Positions 50,849 to 60,130 of a stretch of 64,000 nucleotides of DNA are shown in pieces. Under the pieces are notes generated by a model, which saw nothing but the letters and a program-made list of their open reading frames with translations, had not been told where the DNA came from and did no database searches. The translations under genes were made by a program, and so were the position numbers. Within the stretch, counting starts at the first letter, position 1; the number at the start of each line of letters is the position of its first letter. Source of the DNA: Candidatus Obscuribacteraceae bacterium (lineage in GTDB: Bacteria > Cyanobacteriota > Vampirovibrionia > Obscuribacterales > Obscuribacteraceae); the NCBI GenBank assembly GCA_044229845.1, contig JBGASG010000006.1, positions 96,001 to 160,000 of the forward strand. The letters are read 5' to 3'.

Positions 50849-51253
50849 TTAAATGGCAGCGGTGCAGGCTCGGCACTTATGCGCCGCCGCCGGAACCGTT
50901 TCGAGGCACTCAGGACAAACTTTAGTGGCGACTGCCGGAGGCTCTTTAGGCAGGAGAGCCTTGGTCAGGATGTATACAACGAAGGAAATGATCACGAAAT
51001 CCAAAACCGCGCCCAGGAGGTGTCCGTACTTGAGGGCGTTCACAGTTATCTTGCCGGCAGCATCGGTCGATTGCGACAGCACGACTTGCGCTTCGCGCCA
51101 GTCTCCGGCAGGCATGATCAGCCCAACCACCGGCATCAACATGTCATCGACCACGGCAGAAACCAGTTTGCCCGTGGCGCCGCCAATGATAACTCCGATT
51201 GCCAAGGCCAGGGCGTTGGCTTTCGTTAGGAACGAAACAAAGTCCTTGAGCAT
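50849..51253 (-). CDS. mscL: Large-conductance mechanosensitive channel with C-terminal zinc-ribbon-like motif
   Basis: FVSFLTKANALALAIGVIIGGA, DMLMP, YG.LL..V.DF.II; CPEC...CRAC. Confidence 0.9.
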   Translation of the reverse strand: MLKDFVSFLTKANALALAIGVIIGGATGKLVSAVVDDMLMPVVGLIMPAGDWREAQVVLSQSTDAAGKITVNALKYGHLLGAVLDFVIISFVVYILTKALLPKEPPAVATKVCPECLETVPAAAHKCRACTAAI

Positions 51254-51316
51254 TTCCGCGCTCCGCCGCCAATCGCAGCAATTATACTCGGGTTGAGGCG
51301 CGGTATTCCGAAAACG

Positions 51317-53065
51317 TCAGGCAGCCGCCATAATCAGAGGGTTGTTGTTCATGTCCCGTCTGGCGTTGCGAAACTCGATGTTCTTGTTTTGTTCTGCAAC
51401 TGGAATGCGTGGCAGGTCTACTCCTTGCGATGACTGGAGCGGCTGATCTGGGGACTGCTGGCGCTGTTTTTCGCGCAGTTCGAAGCCCCGTTTCGTCAGT
51501 TCGTAGTCTCTCGGGTTCTGCCCAAGAGTCTTGCTGGCTGCCCATTCCATACGGCTCTTGCCGCTACCGATTTTATACAGTCCGACCGCGGCGTTGGCTT
51601 CATCGAATTCATAGCCCATCTCATTGGCATACATGCCCCAGGCGGCGTTGCCCCATTCCTCGTATTGGCGTCCGACCTGCTTGTCGTCCCAGTCGCCGTC
51701 ATCTTTAGTGCGCTGGTACATGTTGATATTTCCGGCATTGTCGCGGCATTCTTTTAAGCGAGACTGAAGGAGCGATTCATAGTTCTCCGGCACTTCTTGA
51801 ATCAGCGGTCGATACTCGATGGGGTTGTTGCCGGCCGAAGTGAAATTCTGCGCGGTGCCTTTTTGAGCCAGATCGACTTGCTTGCCATTGGGAGCGGTGA
51901 ATACAGTCTTGTCATCGATGTTCACTTGATTGCCGTCTTTGTTATACCAGATCGGTACATCCGCTCTAATTAGCATGCCATCGCCATCGAGCAGATCTTC
52001 GCGATGATAAACCGTGGTCTCCCCGTCTTTGGAGTAGGTGACTTGTGTGGGATGTCCTTCGTAGTCGAATTCAACTTTGGTGACCGAACCATCCGGACGA
52101 GTGGTGGTCATCGTCGGAGGCGTGAAAGCGGTGCCTTCCGAGTTTTGAATTGTGGTGCCGTCGGTCAGAGTGAGTGTACGGTTTTTAGCATCCTTCGCGT
52201 TGGCGACGGTGCCATCTGGGAAGTAGCGCAGCGAGGCTTGATCGGTGCCTTTGAGATTGGTGTTGTACACGACCGCGCAACCATCCGAGTCGGCTGTGAC
52301 CTTTCCTTGCCAGGACTCATCGACGTTGCCGGCGGCATCTTTTTTGGTCCATTTGCCGGTCTCACGATCCATTTCGTACGTGTTGTACTGCGAGTCTTGG
52401 AAGTAAACACATTCCGGCGGGCGCGGTTGTCCATCTTTGTGTTCGACAACTGCGAATTTCACGGTCTGCAATGGTGCCAGACATGGTCCGTTTTCTGTTT
52501 CGTCCTTTCTCAATACTGTGACTACCCTGGTGCCGTCAGACTCGCGCGAAGTGATGGTCTGCGCATTAGGATAGATTGTTTTCTCGGTGCCGTCAGGACG
52601 AATCTGTTTAGTAACTTGGTCTGTCGCAGAATTGGGATCAGCTGCGTCCTTCGGAATGTTGTATATGATGTTGAGGTTGCCGTCGTTGTCCAGTTTTACG
52701 TCCTGGACGGGCTCGCCATCAGGAGCGAGTAGACTGTGGCGATACCACTGACCATCACGCCTTATGTATGTTTCGCCGAGTTTGTCGGTGTACTTGACCG
52801 GCTGTCCGTCGTTGTCCAGCTCCAGTCCTTTGACTTCGCGTTTCTCGCTGTTGCCGTCGACCAGCTCGAAAGGACGTTCTCTATCAATTTCGTTTGTAAC
52901 TGTTTTCTGTGCTGCTTTCAGTGATTGATCCGCCGGCTTGATGCCTTGCTTCTGAGCATCCTGAACTTCGTTGGAAGAGTTTTGAGAGCTGTTGTCTCGC
53001 ACGGATTCTTCGGCAGATTTCGAATCCTTCGGTTTATCAACGTCTTGCGTCTTAGTAAGGCTCAT
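51317..53065 (-). CDS. Beta-repeat protein with C-terminal variant Ntox44-like polymorphic toxin domain
   Basis: Repeated PDG/DG turns; WDDKQVGRQYEEWGNAAWG...G.....AVG...LGQNPRDYELTKRG; likely start MSLTK 53065 after GGAG (ORF open from 53134). Confidence 0.7.
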   Translation of the reverse strand: MSLTKTQDVDKPKDSKSAEESVRDNSSQNSSNEVQDAQKQGIKPADQSLKAAQKTVTNEIDRERPFELVDGNSEKREVKGLELDNDGQPVKYTDKLGETYIRRDGQWYRHSLLAPDGEPVQDVKLDNDGNLNIIYNIPKDAADPNSATDQVTKQIRPDGTEKTIYPNAQTITSRESDGTRVVTVLRKDETENGPCLAPLQTVKFAVVEHKDGQPRPPECVYFQDSQYNTYEMDRETGKWTKKDAAGNVDESWQGKVTADSDGCAVVYNTNLKGTDQASLRYFPDGTVANAKDAKNRTLTLTDGTTIQNSEGTAFTPPTMTTTRPDGSVTKVEFDYEGHPTQVTYSKDGETTVYHREDLLDGDGMLIRADVPIWYNKDGNQVNIDDKTVFTAPNGKQVDLAQKGTAQNFTSAGNNPIEYRPLIQEVPENYESLLQSRLKECRDNAGNINMYQRTKDDGDWDDKQVGRQYEEWGNAAWGMYANEMGYEFDEANAAVGLYKIGSGKSRMEWAASKTLGQNPRDYELTKRGFELREKQRQQSPDQPLQSSQGVDLPRIPVAEQNKNIEFRNARRDMNNNPLIMAAA

Positions 53066-53289
53066 TAGTAAGGTGCTCCAGGAAGAAGGAGAAGCGCAGT
53101 CAGCGAGCATTTGGGTGGCGGGTTCGTACACCATAGAGCCGATTTGTTAACGAGTTGTTTAATGCAAAACCGCGCGCCGGAGCAACCACCCCAAAACTCC
53201 GGCAGCAGCAGGTCCACAGGTGCCGACACAGACGGGTTCTACGGGCTTTTTTCAAGCCCGCGGCAGCAGAACCACGCCGCCCAAATCTT

Positions 53290-53746
53290 CGATGTCGGCG
53301 TTCAAACTGCCGCGCAAACTGCTTGAGTCCGAAAAAGAACCTGCGAATATCAAACTTAACTTCCGGGCCTGACATAAACTTTGGCGCCCAGCACACGCGC
53401 AACTTGAATCGACATCAGACCAGTGGCGGAGCCGCCGGCATGCACCAGCACGAAGTCGCCAGCCTTCACTTCGCCGACCAGCTGAACTGCACTGATCGCA
53501 GTTAGTAGTGGCACCGGTAGTGTCGCAATCTGTTCGACAGGCAGCTCAGTGGTGTCGGACAGAACAAATTCCTGTGGCACCACGACGAACTGCGCATAGC
53601 TTCCAGGGAGCGGAAAGCCTCTGAAGTAGTAGCTTGGTGCTATCACCAGCACTTTGACCAAAACCTGCCCGCTCCCCGGTTTCGGGTCCGGCAATTCGTG
53701 TACTTCGAGGACCTCCGGTCCGCCGAAACGCCACAGCAGCTTTCAC
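53290..53746 (-). pseudogene. Decayed zinc-binding dehydrogenase / quinone oxidoreductase (MDR family)
   Basis: GTG-KAAV start is out of frame with RFGGPEVLEVHELPDPKPGSGQVLVKV; the segment normally between VLVKV and GSYAQF is mostly missing; premature stop after GAKVYVRPGS; C-terminal remnant FDIRRFFFGLKQ in another frame; left boundary approximate. Confidence 0.8.
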
Positions 53747-53833
53747 TTTGTTTCCCTTGTCTTGAAAAGGTCCCGCCGCGGATGCATTAGTATTACATAG
53801 AGACTGCCTGGTCTGTTTCAGAGGTAACACAAC

Positions 53834-54856
53834 ATGCGTTTGCTGGTAATCGGCGGTACTGTCTTTCTCGGGCGCCATCTGGTGTCGGCGGCGCTGGCCG
53901 CTGGGCATCAAGTGACCACGCTCAATCGCGGTACTCATGACCTGCCTGAGCAAGCGAATGTCGAAAAACTAAAAGCGGATCGCGAAGGCGATCTGAGTTT
54001 TCTGCGGGGACGAAACTTCGATGTCGTCGTCGATACCTGCGGGTATCGGCCCGAAGTGGTGGGACACTCTTTGCGTGCGCTTGCTGGATCTGTCGGCACT
54101 TATATCTTCATATCGACAGTTTCTGTTTATGGCGATCTATCCGGCATCGGAGTTTCCGAGAACGATCCGATTCGCTGTACGCAGCCGGGTGCAGAAGGGA
54201 CTTACGGAAGTCTCAAAGCCGACTGCGAACGAGTCATCACGGAGCTTATGCCCGAGAACTCCCTGATCATCAGACCCGGATTGCTGGCTGGACCTTATGA
54301 TCCGACCGATCGATTTACGTATTGGCCGTCACGCTTTGCGCGCGGCGGAGATATCGTTGTGCCAGTCAGGCTAGAGTCGTTTGTGCAGTTTATCGATGCC
54401 CGCGATCTGGCGCTTTTCATACTCAAACTTGCAGAGGCCGAGGCGCGCGGTGTCTACATCGCCACCGGTCCGGAAGGACGGCTGACACTGGGAGACTTTC
54501 TCGACGCGTGTGAGCAAGCTGCGGGCAAAGGAGCGCGCCTGGTGCGAGTGGAGGAAGCTGCATTGGAGAAGGCCGGAGTGGCTCCATGGACTGAATTACC
54601 TCTATGGATTCCAGCCTGGGACAAAAGCTTTGCAGGAGCAATGCGGCTCGATCGCCGCAAGGCAGTCGGAGCCGGACTGACATGCAGACCGGTCGGATCG
54701 ACGATTGCGGACACGTTGGAGTGGGATAGAACGCGCGACCCATCCATTCCTAGAGCGGCAGGTTTGTCGGAAGAACGCGAAGAAGAATTACTGCGCCGAC
54801 CAAAATTAGAGAAGGCTCCCGGCAAGGGACCACTTCCGGGACCGGGGCTTCGTTAG
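53834..54856 (+). CDS. NAD-dependent epimerase/dehydratase (atypical SDR)
   Basis: GGTVFLG, ISTVSVY, YGSLK, RPGLLAGPYD, IDARD. Confidence 0.92.
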   Translation: MRLLVIGGTVFLGRHLVSAALAAGHQVTTLNRGTHDLPEQANVEKLKADREGDLSFLRGRNFDVVVDTCGYRPEVVGHSLRALAGSVGTYIFISTVSVYGDLSGIGVSENDPIRCTQPGAEGTYGSLKADCERVITELMPENSLIIRPGLLAGPYDPTDRFTYWPSRFARGGDIVVPVRLESFVQFIDARDLALFILKLAEAEARGVYIATGPEGRLTLGDFLDACEQAAGKGARLVRVEEAALEKAGVAPWTELPLWIPAWDKSFAGAMRLDRRKAVGAGLTCRPVGSTIADTLEWDRTRDPSIPRAAGLSEEREEELLRRPKLEKAPGKGPLPGPGLR

Positions 54857-54858
54857 CC

Positions 54859-55656
54859 TCATTGCTCACCACAAGCCCTGAGAGAAACGAGCTTGAGGGT
54901 CCAGATCCACTTGCCGTCATCGAGCACCAGAACTTGATCGGCACCGCGCCAGGTCATTGAAAAATTACCGAACAACTCATTGTTGAGGCTGTTCGTCATA
55001 ACCAGGCGACCACCATTGACGGTATAAGTGCCCATCTGTCCCGCCGCCAATCCGTAACGGGTGATCGACCAGCGACCCGACTTGCAAAAAGAAAACGATT
55101 GCGCAAACGACTTTGGTCCGGACGCAGCCTCACCTTTTTTCTGCATGCCGATCAGGTCCCATCCAGTACCCGGAATGAAGGGAAGTCCGCCGTTCATACG
55201 CGGGTTGAGTCCACCGGTGGATGACGATGATGCTGTTGTGGATGTGGATGCGGTTGACGTGGATGCGGTAGTCGATGCGGTGGCGGATGCCGCTCTTCTG
55301 GGCGAAACGGTTGGTGCTGCTGTTGCCGCCACCGGCGGTGCCGCAGACTGAGTGCCCGCGGTCGCGGCCGATGCACTCGTCGCCATGCGAATGTGTATTG
55401 TCTGCGAGATTTCGCCGGCTGGATCTCTTAGCGAACTCGATTTCATCCGCTTTACTCGGTAGGTGTTTCCGTCCTGTGTATCTTCCGGCTTGAACGGCAT
55501 GACCACCGCCCGCTCCCAATAGTTGATGCCGGCGTCGTCGACTTCCACAATATCTCCAACTTTGAATGGTTGCGCAAACGCAGCGCCAGCGGTAACCATG
55601 CTGGCAAGCATGGCAATACTGACGAGTTTTGAAAGCGAGCTGTTCGTTTTGTTCAT
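54859..55656 (-). CDS. Hypothetical secreted two-domain protein (SH3/Tudor-like domain, Ser/Thr linker, beta domain)
   Basis: Signal peptide ending AFA; FKVGDIVEV...W.RA.V...YRV. Confidence 0.7.
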   Translation of the reverse strand: MNKTNSSLSKLVSIAMLASMVTAGAAFAQPFKVGDIVEVDDAGINYWERAVVMPFKPEDTQDGNTYRVKRMKSSSLRDPAGEISQTIHIRMATSASAATAGTQSAAPPVAATAAPTVSPRRAASATASTTASTSTASTSTTASSSSTGGLNPRMNGGLPFIPGTGWDLIGMQKKGEAASGPKSFAQSFSFCKSGRWSITRYGLAAGQMGTYTVNGGRLVMTNSLNNELFGNFSMTWRGADQVLVLDDGKWIWTLKLVSLRACGEQ

Positions 55657-55808
55657 CACCAGGACTCCCAATGTAGGCAGCCAGCCTAACACCAATCAAG
55701 CCGACTGAAAACGACCCGCAGATCCTCAATGCGCCGACATGTTGGAATCCGCGAACATTGTCCAGTCCTCAAAGTAATAGGTCTTGGCTACGCGGCTTCA
55801 AGCTATAA

Positions 55809-56675
55809 TCAGAGTGTCGCGTCTCGTCTACCAGTTCCATCGTCGTATCGCGCGGATGCCCGCACACATGCGATTTTTGCTACAAGGAAGCGTTCTACAC
55901 CGGTGGCCGATCATTCTATACGCAGGTCGCCGACGAAGCTTTGAAGGAGATAGAACGCTTGCCGGGTAGGCACGTCTATTTTCTCGACGATCATCTTTTC
56001 GGCAACGAGCGCTTTGCCAATGCACTGTTCGACGGCATGATTGGCATGGGCAAGGTGTTCCAAGGAGCTGCCACAGTTCAATCCATCCTCAAACCGGGGC
56101 TGCTTGAGAAAGCTGCGAAGACGGGGATGCGCAGCGTATTTGTCGGCTTCGAAACGCTGGACCCGACAAATTTGACGGAGCATGACAAATTTCAGAACCT
56201 GAATCGAGACTACGGAGCTGCAATTCGCCGCGTGCATGATTGCGGAATTATGGTGAATGGTAGTTTCGTATTTGGAATGGACAACGATGATGAAACTGTG
56301 TTCGAGCGCACGGTTGAGTGGGCGATAACACAGGGAATCGAAACCGCGACCTTCCACATCATGACGCCCTATCCCAGTACTGAATTGTATAAGCGGATGG
56401 ACAGCGAACAGAGGATGCTGCACAGCAATTGGGATCTGTATGACACTCGGCATGTGGTGTACAGACCGACGAAACTGACTACCGGCCAATTAGAGAAAGG
56501 ATATTGGCGAGCGTACAAAGAGTTTTACACGTGGAATTCGTTGTTTCGCAGTTCAAGTGTATGCTTGAGATCGTACTTGCTGCCTTTGGGCGCTATCGAA
56601 GTGACGGGGCTGCTTCTACAGTTGAGCATGAACGTCCTTCCCTGGTTAGCTCATAGTCCCATTTGTCACCGTTGA
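55809..56675 (+). pseudogene. 5'-truncated B12-binding-type radical SAM gene
   Basis: In-frame SIVVSRGCPHTCDFCYK upstream of the track start; TAA at 55806 and no ATG/GTG/TTG before the CxxxCxxC motif; FLDDHLFG, VGFET, TPYPST present; 3' end runs 83 bp into the convergent gene. Confidence 0.8.
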
Positions 56676-57309
56676 ACAGGAGATCGTGGCAATCGGGCGA
56701 TTCGAGCAGCTGTACAATGTGCGTCGCTACATATTCAGGCGAATGCATTATTGATTTCTTGTCGGCAATTTCTTGCGCATTGAGACCATAGACAGCCAGT
56801 GGTGTCTCCACGGGTCCTGGATACGCTGCTTTAATTTGGAACTGCCCGTAGTGGCGCCTCAACAATTGAACAAAATTCGCAAGACACATTTTAGTCAGAG
56901 CATAGACGCCGGGATCGTCCGGCGGATCCAGGGCGTGTCCGGAGGACATCTGCATGATGGTGGCGTTTGCGGCAAGAAACGGCAATGCCTCGCGAACGAA
57001 GAGCCACGAACCCTTCACGTTGACGTCAAATAGAATGTCGAAATCATCGGGTGAGGAAGCGAACAGCGCTCCTCGGCGTATTACTCCGGCATTGCTTATG
57101 AGGATATCGATTGCCGGACCGATTTTTGCAAACGCGGATTGCAGCGCGGCTTGGTAAGTGACGTCGGCGGAAACATATTTGATTCCCTCGGCGGGCGGAG
57201 GCGGCTCGGACCTATCAACGACAAAGACTTGCGAGTCGCCGCGCGCGGAGTAGTTTCTTGCGATAGCAAGTCCTATCCCGCTGCTGCCGCCGGAAATCAC
57301 CATTTTCAT
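56593..57309 (-). CDS. Short-chain dehydrogenase/reductase
   Basis: SGGSSGIG, SNAG, YALTK, PGPVET. Confidence 0.9.
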   Translation of the reverse strand: MKMVISGGSSGIGLAIARNYSARGDSQVFVVDRSEPPPPAEGIKYVSADVTYQAALQSAFAKIGPAIDILISNAGVIRRGALFASSPDDFDILFDVNVKGSWLFVREALPFLAANATIMQMSSGHALDPPDDPGVYALTKMCLANFVQLLRRHYGQFQIKAAYPGPVETPLAVYGLNAQEIADKKSIMHSPEYVATHIVQLLESPDCHDLLFNGDKWDYELTREGRSCSTVEAAPSLR

Positions 57310-57457
57310 AATTGCTGCAAGTGCCTCGCCTTTTCCAACTCACCGAGTCTACTGCGGTGGGCTCCAGCGGGGAATGTGGAATTGTGCTGTCATAAGGACA
57401 GGCGGGCATTTTGGTAAAATACCCCGATGAAGAGACCCGAGAGCCAAAGGAGTTGAG

Positions 57458-58039
57458 ATGAGAACATTCATTGCAGCGTTATTGCTTTCAGTAATGGTGG
57501 CCTCTAGCGGAATGGCACAAGACACGAAATATCCGAAGGCGAAGGTCAGCTTCGACGATTTTAAAGCGCTAGTCGCGGAGGTTGAACCTATTCGAGCAAC
57601 TCGCCTGATCAGCCTGGATCAGTTCCTGAAGATGAGTCAGGAGCCAGGCGTCATCGTTCTCGACAGTCGTTCAACGTTTCGTTTCGATCGCATCCATTTG
57701 AAAGGCGCGAAGCACCTGAGTTTTACGGACTTTACTCAAGCGAATTTGGCCAAAGTCATTCCCTCGCCTGATACGAAGATTCTGATTTACTGCAACAACA
57801 ATTTCGATGGCAACCAGACGGACTTTGCGTCGAAGGTAGCAGCACCACGTCCGAAAGCCAGCAATCCAATTGCATCGCAGATGGCTTCGCAGGCAAAGCC
57901 CAGAATGATGGCACTCAACGTTCCCACTTACATAAATCTCTACGGCTACGGCTACCACAACGTGTACGAACTGAATGAACTCGTGAAAGTGAATGATCCG
58001 AGGATCAAGTTCGAGGGCACGATTGTAGAAACGAAGTAG
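57458..58039 (+). CDS. Secreted rhodanese-like domain protein
   Basis: Signal peptide; VLDSRS...HLKGAKH...ILIYCNNN...GY.NVYEL. Confidence 0.85.
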   Translation: MRTFIAALLLSVMVASSGMAQDTKYPKAKVSFDDFKALVAEVEPIRATRLISLDQFLKMSQEPGVIVLDSRSTFRFDRIHLKGAKHLSFTDFTQANLAKVIPSPDTKILIYCNNNFDGNQTDFASKVAAPRPKASNPIASQMASQAKPRMMALNVPTYINLYGYGYHNVYELNELVKVNDPRIKFEGTIVETK

Positions 58040-58152
58040 CGAACAAATCCGTGAGTCTTCGCGTTTCATATCTATTGACTACGTTCAGATCTCTCAAACC
58101 TGACAATCGAATGCGATAATTGACTCCGCAGAATCGCGGAGAGGAGTCGAGA

Positions 58153-58455
58153 GTGCGTTTGCAAAGCAGAGTTCGCCTTTGGACAGCAATGCCGGTAGTT
58201 GCTCTGACTGCATTGGCGCTGACGGTCCTAGTTGTGAAACCAGTTGTCGGAGCGCTGAACGGAGATTTGTATCTGCGATTGCAGGCGACAAGAAACGCGC
58301 TAGTTTCGCAAGAGAGAGAAATTACCAAGTCTTACGACGACGTCACGCGTCAGATCGACGAGCTACGCAAGAAGCAGCTGTTGCTTGATTCGTACCTGAG
58401 GCAGACTCGGGATGCAATTCGAGATGTAGAGCGAGCAATGGGGAACGCGCAATGA
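58153..58455 (+). CDS. Small membrane-anchored or secreted coiled-coil protein
   Basis: GTG after GAGGAG; hydrophobic segment followed by a heptad-rich helix. Confidence 0.65.
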   Translation: MRLQSRVRLWTAMPVVALTALALTVLVVKPVVGALNGDLYLRLQATRNALVSQEREITKSYDDVTRQIDELRKKQLLLDSYLRQTRDAIRDVERAMGNAQ

Positions 58456-59027
58456 ACAAGTCTCAAACTTTCAGGCAATCAAGCCGAGCAGCGCTACTTA
58501 TCTCATTTGCCCTGGCAAACTGCTTAGGGTTCTACTGCATCCAGCCGGCATTGGCCGATAAGACTGCTACGGAACCGATTGTCAATGTGGAAAAGCCCTA
58601 TGCCACTCCTGAATCGGAGGCATCAAAAGCTGAAGCCCAGGACGTGATCGATGTCTTGCAAATAATGGGTAAGGCTTACGCTAGCGGTGACATCGCAGAA
58701 TACATCAAACATCTCGATAATCAGTGCAGCGTATTCGACGAACACAAGAATCAAATGGTGCATGGAAAGGAAGCCGTGATTGCTGCCCTGACGGAGAAGT
58801 TCGCAAAGCGCTCGCAGAAGGGAGCGGAAAAAATCCTTTCCTACACGATCGTTCAGCCTTACGTGAAGGTCAATGGCAACACGGCCGTTGTCACCTACCG
58901 TGCCATTGAAGAAGTCGGCGGGGCGCATCCTCGGAAGCTGGAAGGGTCCATGAGCGATGTGTTTGCCAAGGAAGATGGACACTGGATGAAAGTGCATCAA
59001 CACGCGGTTTGGAAACGTGTCAAATGA
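58452..59027 (+). CDS. Secreted SnoaL/DUF4440 (NTF2-like) protein
   Basis: AYASGDI...GKEAV...GNTAVVTY...DVFAKEDGHWMKVHQH. Confidence 0.85.
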   Translation: MNKSQTFRQSSRAALLISFALANCLGFYCIQPALADKTATEPIVNVEKPYATPESEASKAEAQDVIDVLQIMGKAYASGDIAEYIKHLDNQCSVFDEHKNQMVHGKEAVIAALTEKFAKRSQKGAEKILSYTIVQPYVKVNGNTAVVTYRAIEEVGGAHPRKLEGSMSDVFAKEDGHWMKVHQHAVWKRVK

Positions 59028-59643
59028 ACTTGCGAAGCCTGTGACCCACGATCCACCCCATCCGGCCTACTCCTTCGCATTCGTCATTCAGGAGACCTTC
59101 ACGCTCTCCTGGGGCGGCGTTACAGTTGTGAGCCCCCCAGAGTGCAGCTGGCACCAGCCGTCCGTTGGAATAAAAGTGATGCTACGCACCCCAGACGGAG
59201 AGCTTCTCGAATCCGCTGCATCTTTGGTGCACTCCACTCCGAACCCCGACAGCATCATTAGTCTGAAACTGCCTGACCTCACCAAAGCGGAGGTTCCCGT
59301 CGGCACCGAACTCTTTGTGCGGATGCGCCGCACACCCGAAGAACTACAGCAAGCATTTGCCGCACTCGACGATATGATGGGTTCGTGCTGGAACAGCCTC
59401 AACGAATTTCCGGAGTTCCCTGATGCGCACGACTTCCGACTGTGGATGCAGGACCAACTGATCAAAGGACTCGCGGAAGAAGTCCCAATCAAAAAGCCGC
59501 ATCGCAAGAACAAGTCGGGAGAGCATTGGTACAAAAACATCCGCACCAATCAAGTCTGGCGCTATCTCGAAACAATCTTGCCCAACCGTGAATCGTTCGA
59601 GTGCATCAGCCCAGTAACTGACGACCAATCTGTTTCGATTTAA
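59017..59643 (+). CDS. Hypothetical protein
   Basis: 208 aa ORF overlapping the upstream stop. Confidence 0.6.
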   Translation: MSNELAKPVTHDPPHPAYSFAFVIQETFTLSWGGVTVVSPPECSWHQPSVGIKVMLRTPDGELLESAASLVHSTPNPDSIISLKLPDLTKAEVPVGTELFVRMRRTPEELQQAFAALDDMMGSCWNSLNEFPEFPDAHDFRLWMQDQLIKGLAEEVPIKKPHRKNKSGEHWYKNIRTNQVWRYLETILPNRESFECISPVTDDQSVSI

Positions 59644-59699
59644 CACAAAGGCCACACTTACTCCACACCGCTCGAATAGTCTTGTCTGACTATCCCGCT

Positions 59700-60098
59700 A
59701 TGGAGCTCTTCGGCATGACCAAGAAAAAACGAGAGACCTCAATAAGTGAACAGGAAACCGCTCGCGCAACTACGCAATTCCAACTGTTCCAGTCGATGGG
59801 TGATTTCTTCTGGAAGGCGCTGCACTATGATTACGAGGCGACGAAAGAGCAAATTCATAAAGCATTTTACGGAGGACACTATGCCTGGGTGCACACGTTT
59901 GCTCTTGAAGATGAGGAAGATGAGGAATTGGAAGACCAGCTGCAAACTGTTTTTCACAAATCACAAAATCTAGAAGAAAGCTGGAGGGGCGAGATAGAGT
60001 GTCGGTCTACTTCCGTTGGTGACGTCATTAAGGTCGGCAATCAGTATTGGATCGTTGCGGCCCAGGGATTTGATCTCGGTTGGGAAGAAAAGTCTTGA
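59700..60098 (+). CDS. YodL-like domain protein
   Basis: LEDQLQTVF...RSTSVGDVIKVGNQYWIVAAQGF resembles the YodL pattern (R/H)SLSVSDVV...YYVDSxGF. Confidence 0.55.
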   Translation: MELFGMTKKKRETSISEQETARATTQFQLFQSMGDFFWKALHYDYEATKEQIHKAFYGGHYAWVHTFALEDEEDEELEDQLQTVFHKSQNLEESWRGEIECRSTSVGDVIKVGNQYWIVAAQGFDLGWEEKS

Positions 60099-60130
60099 AG
60101 AATTTTCGCCGATAAACTTGATGGTGGAAC

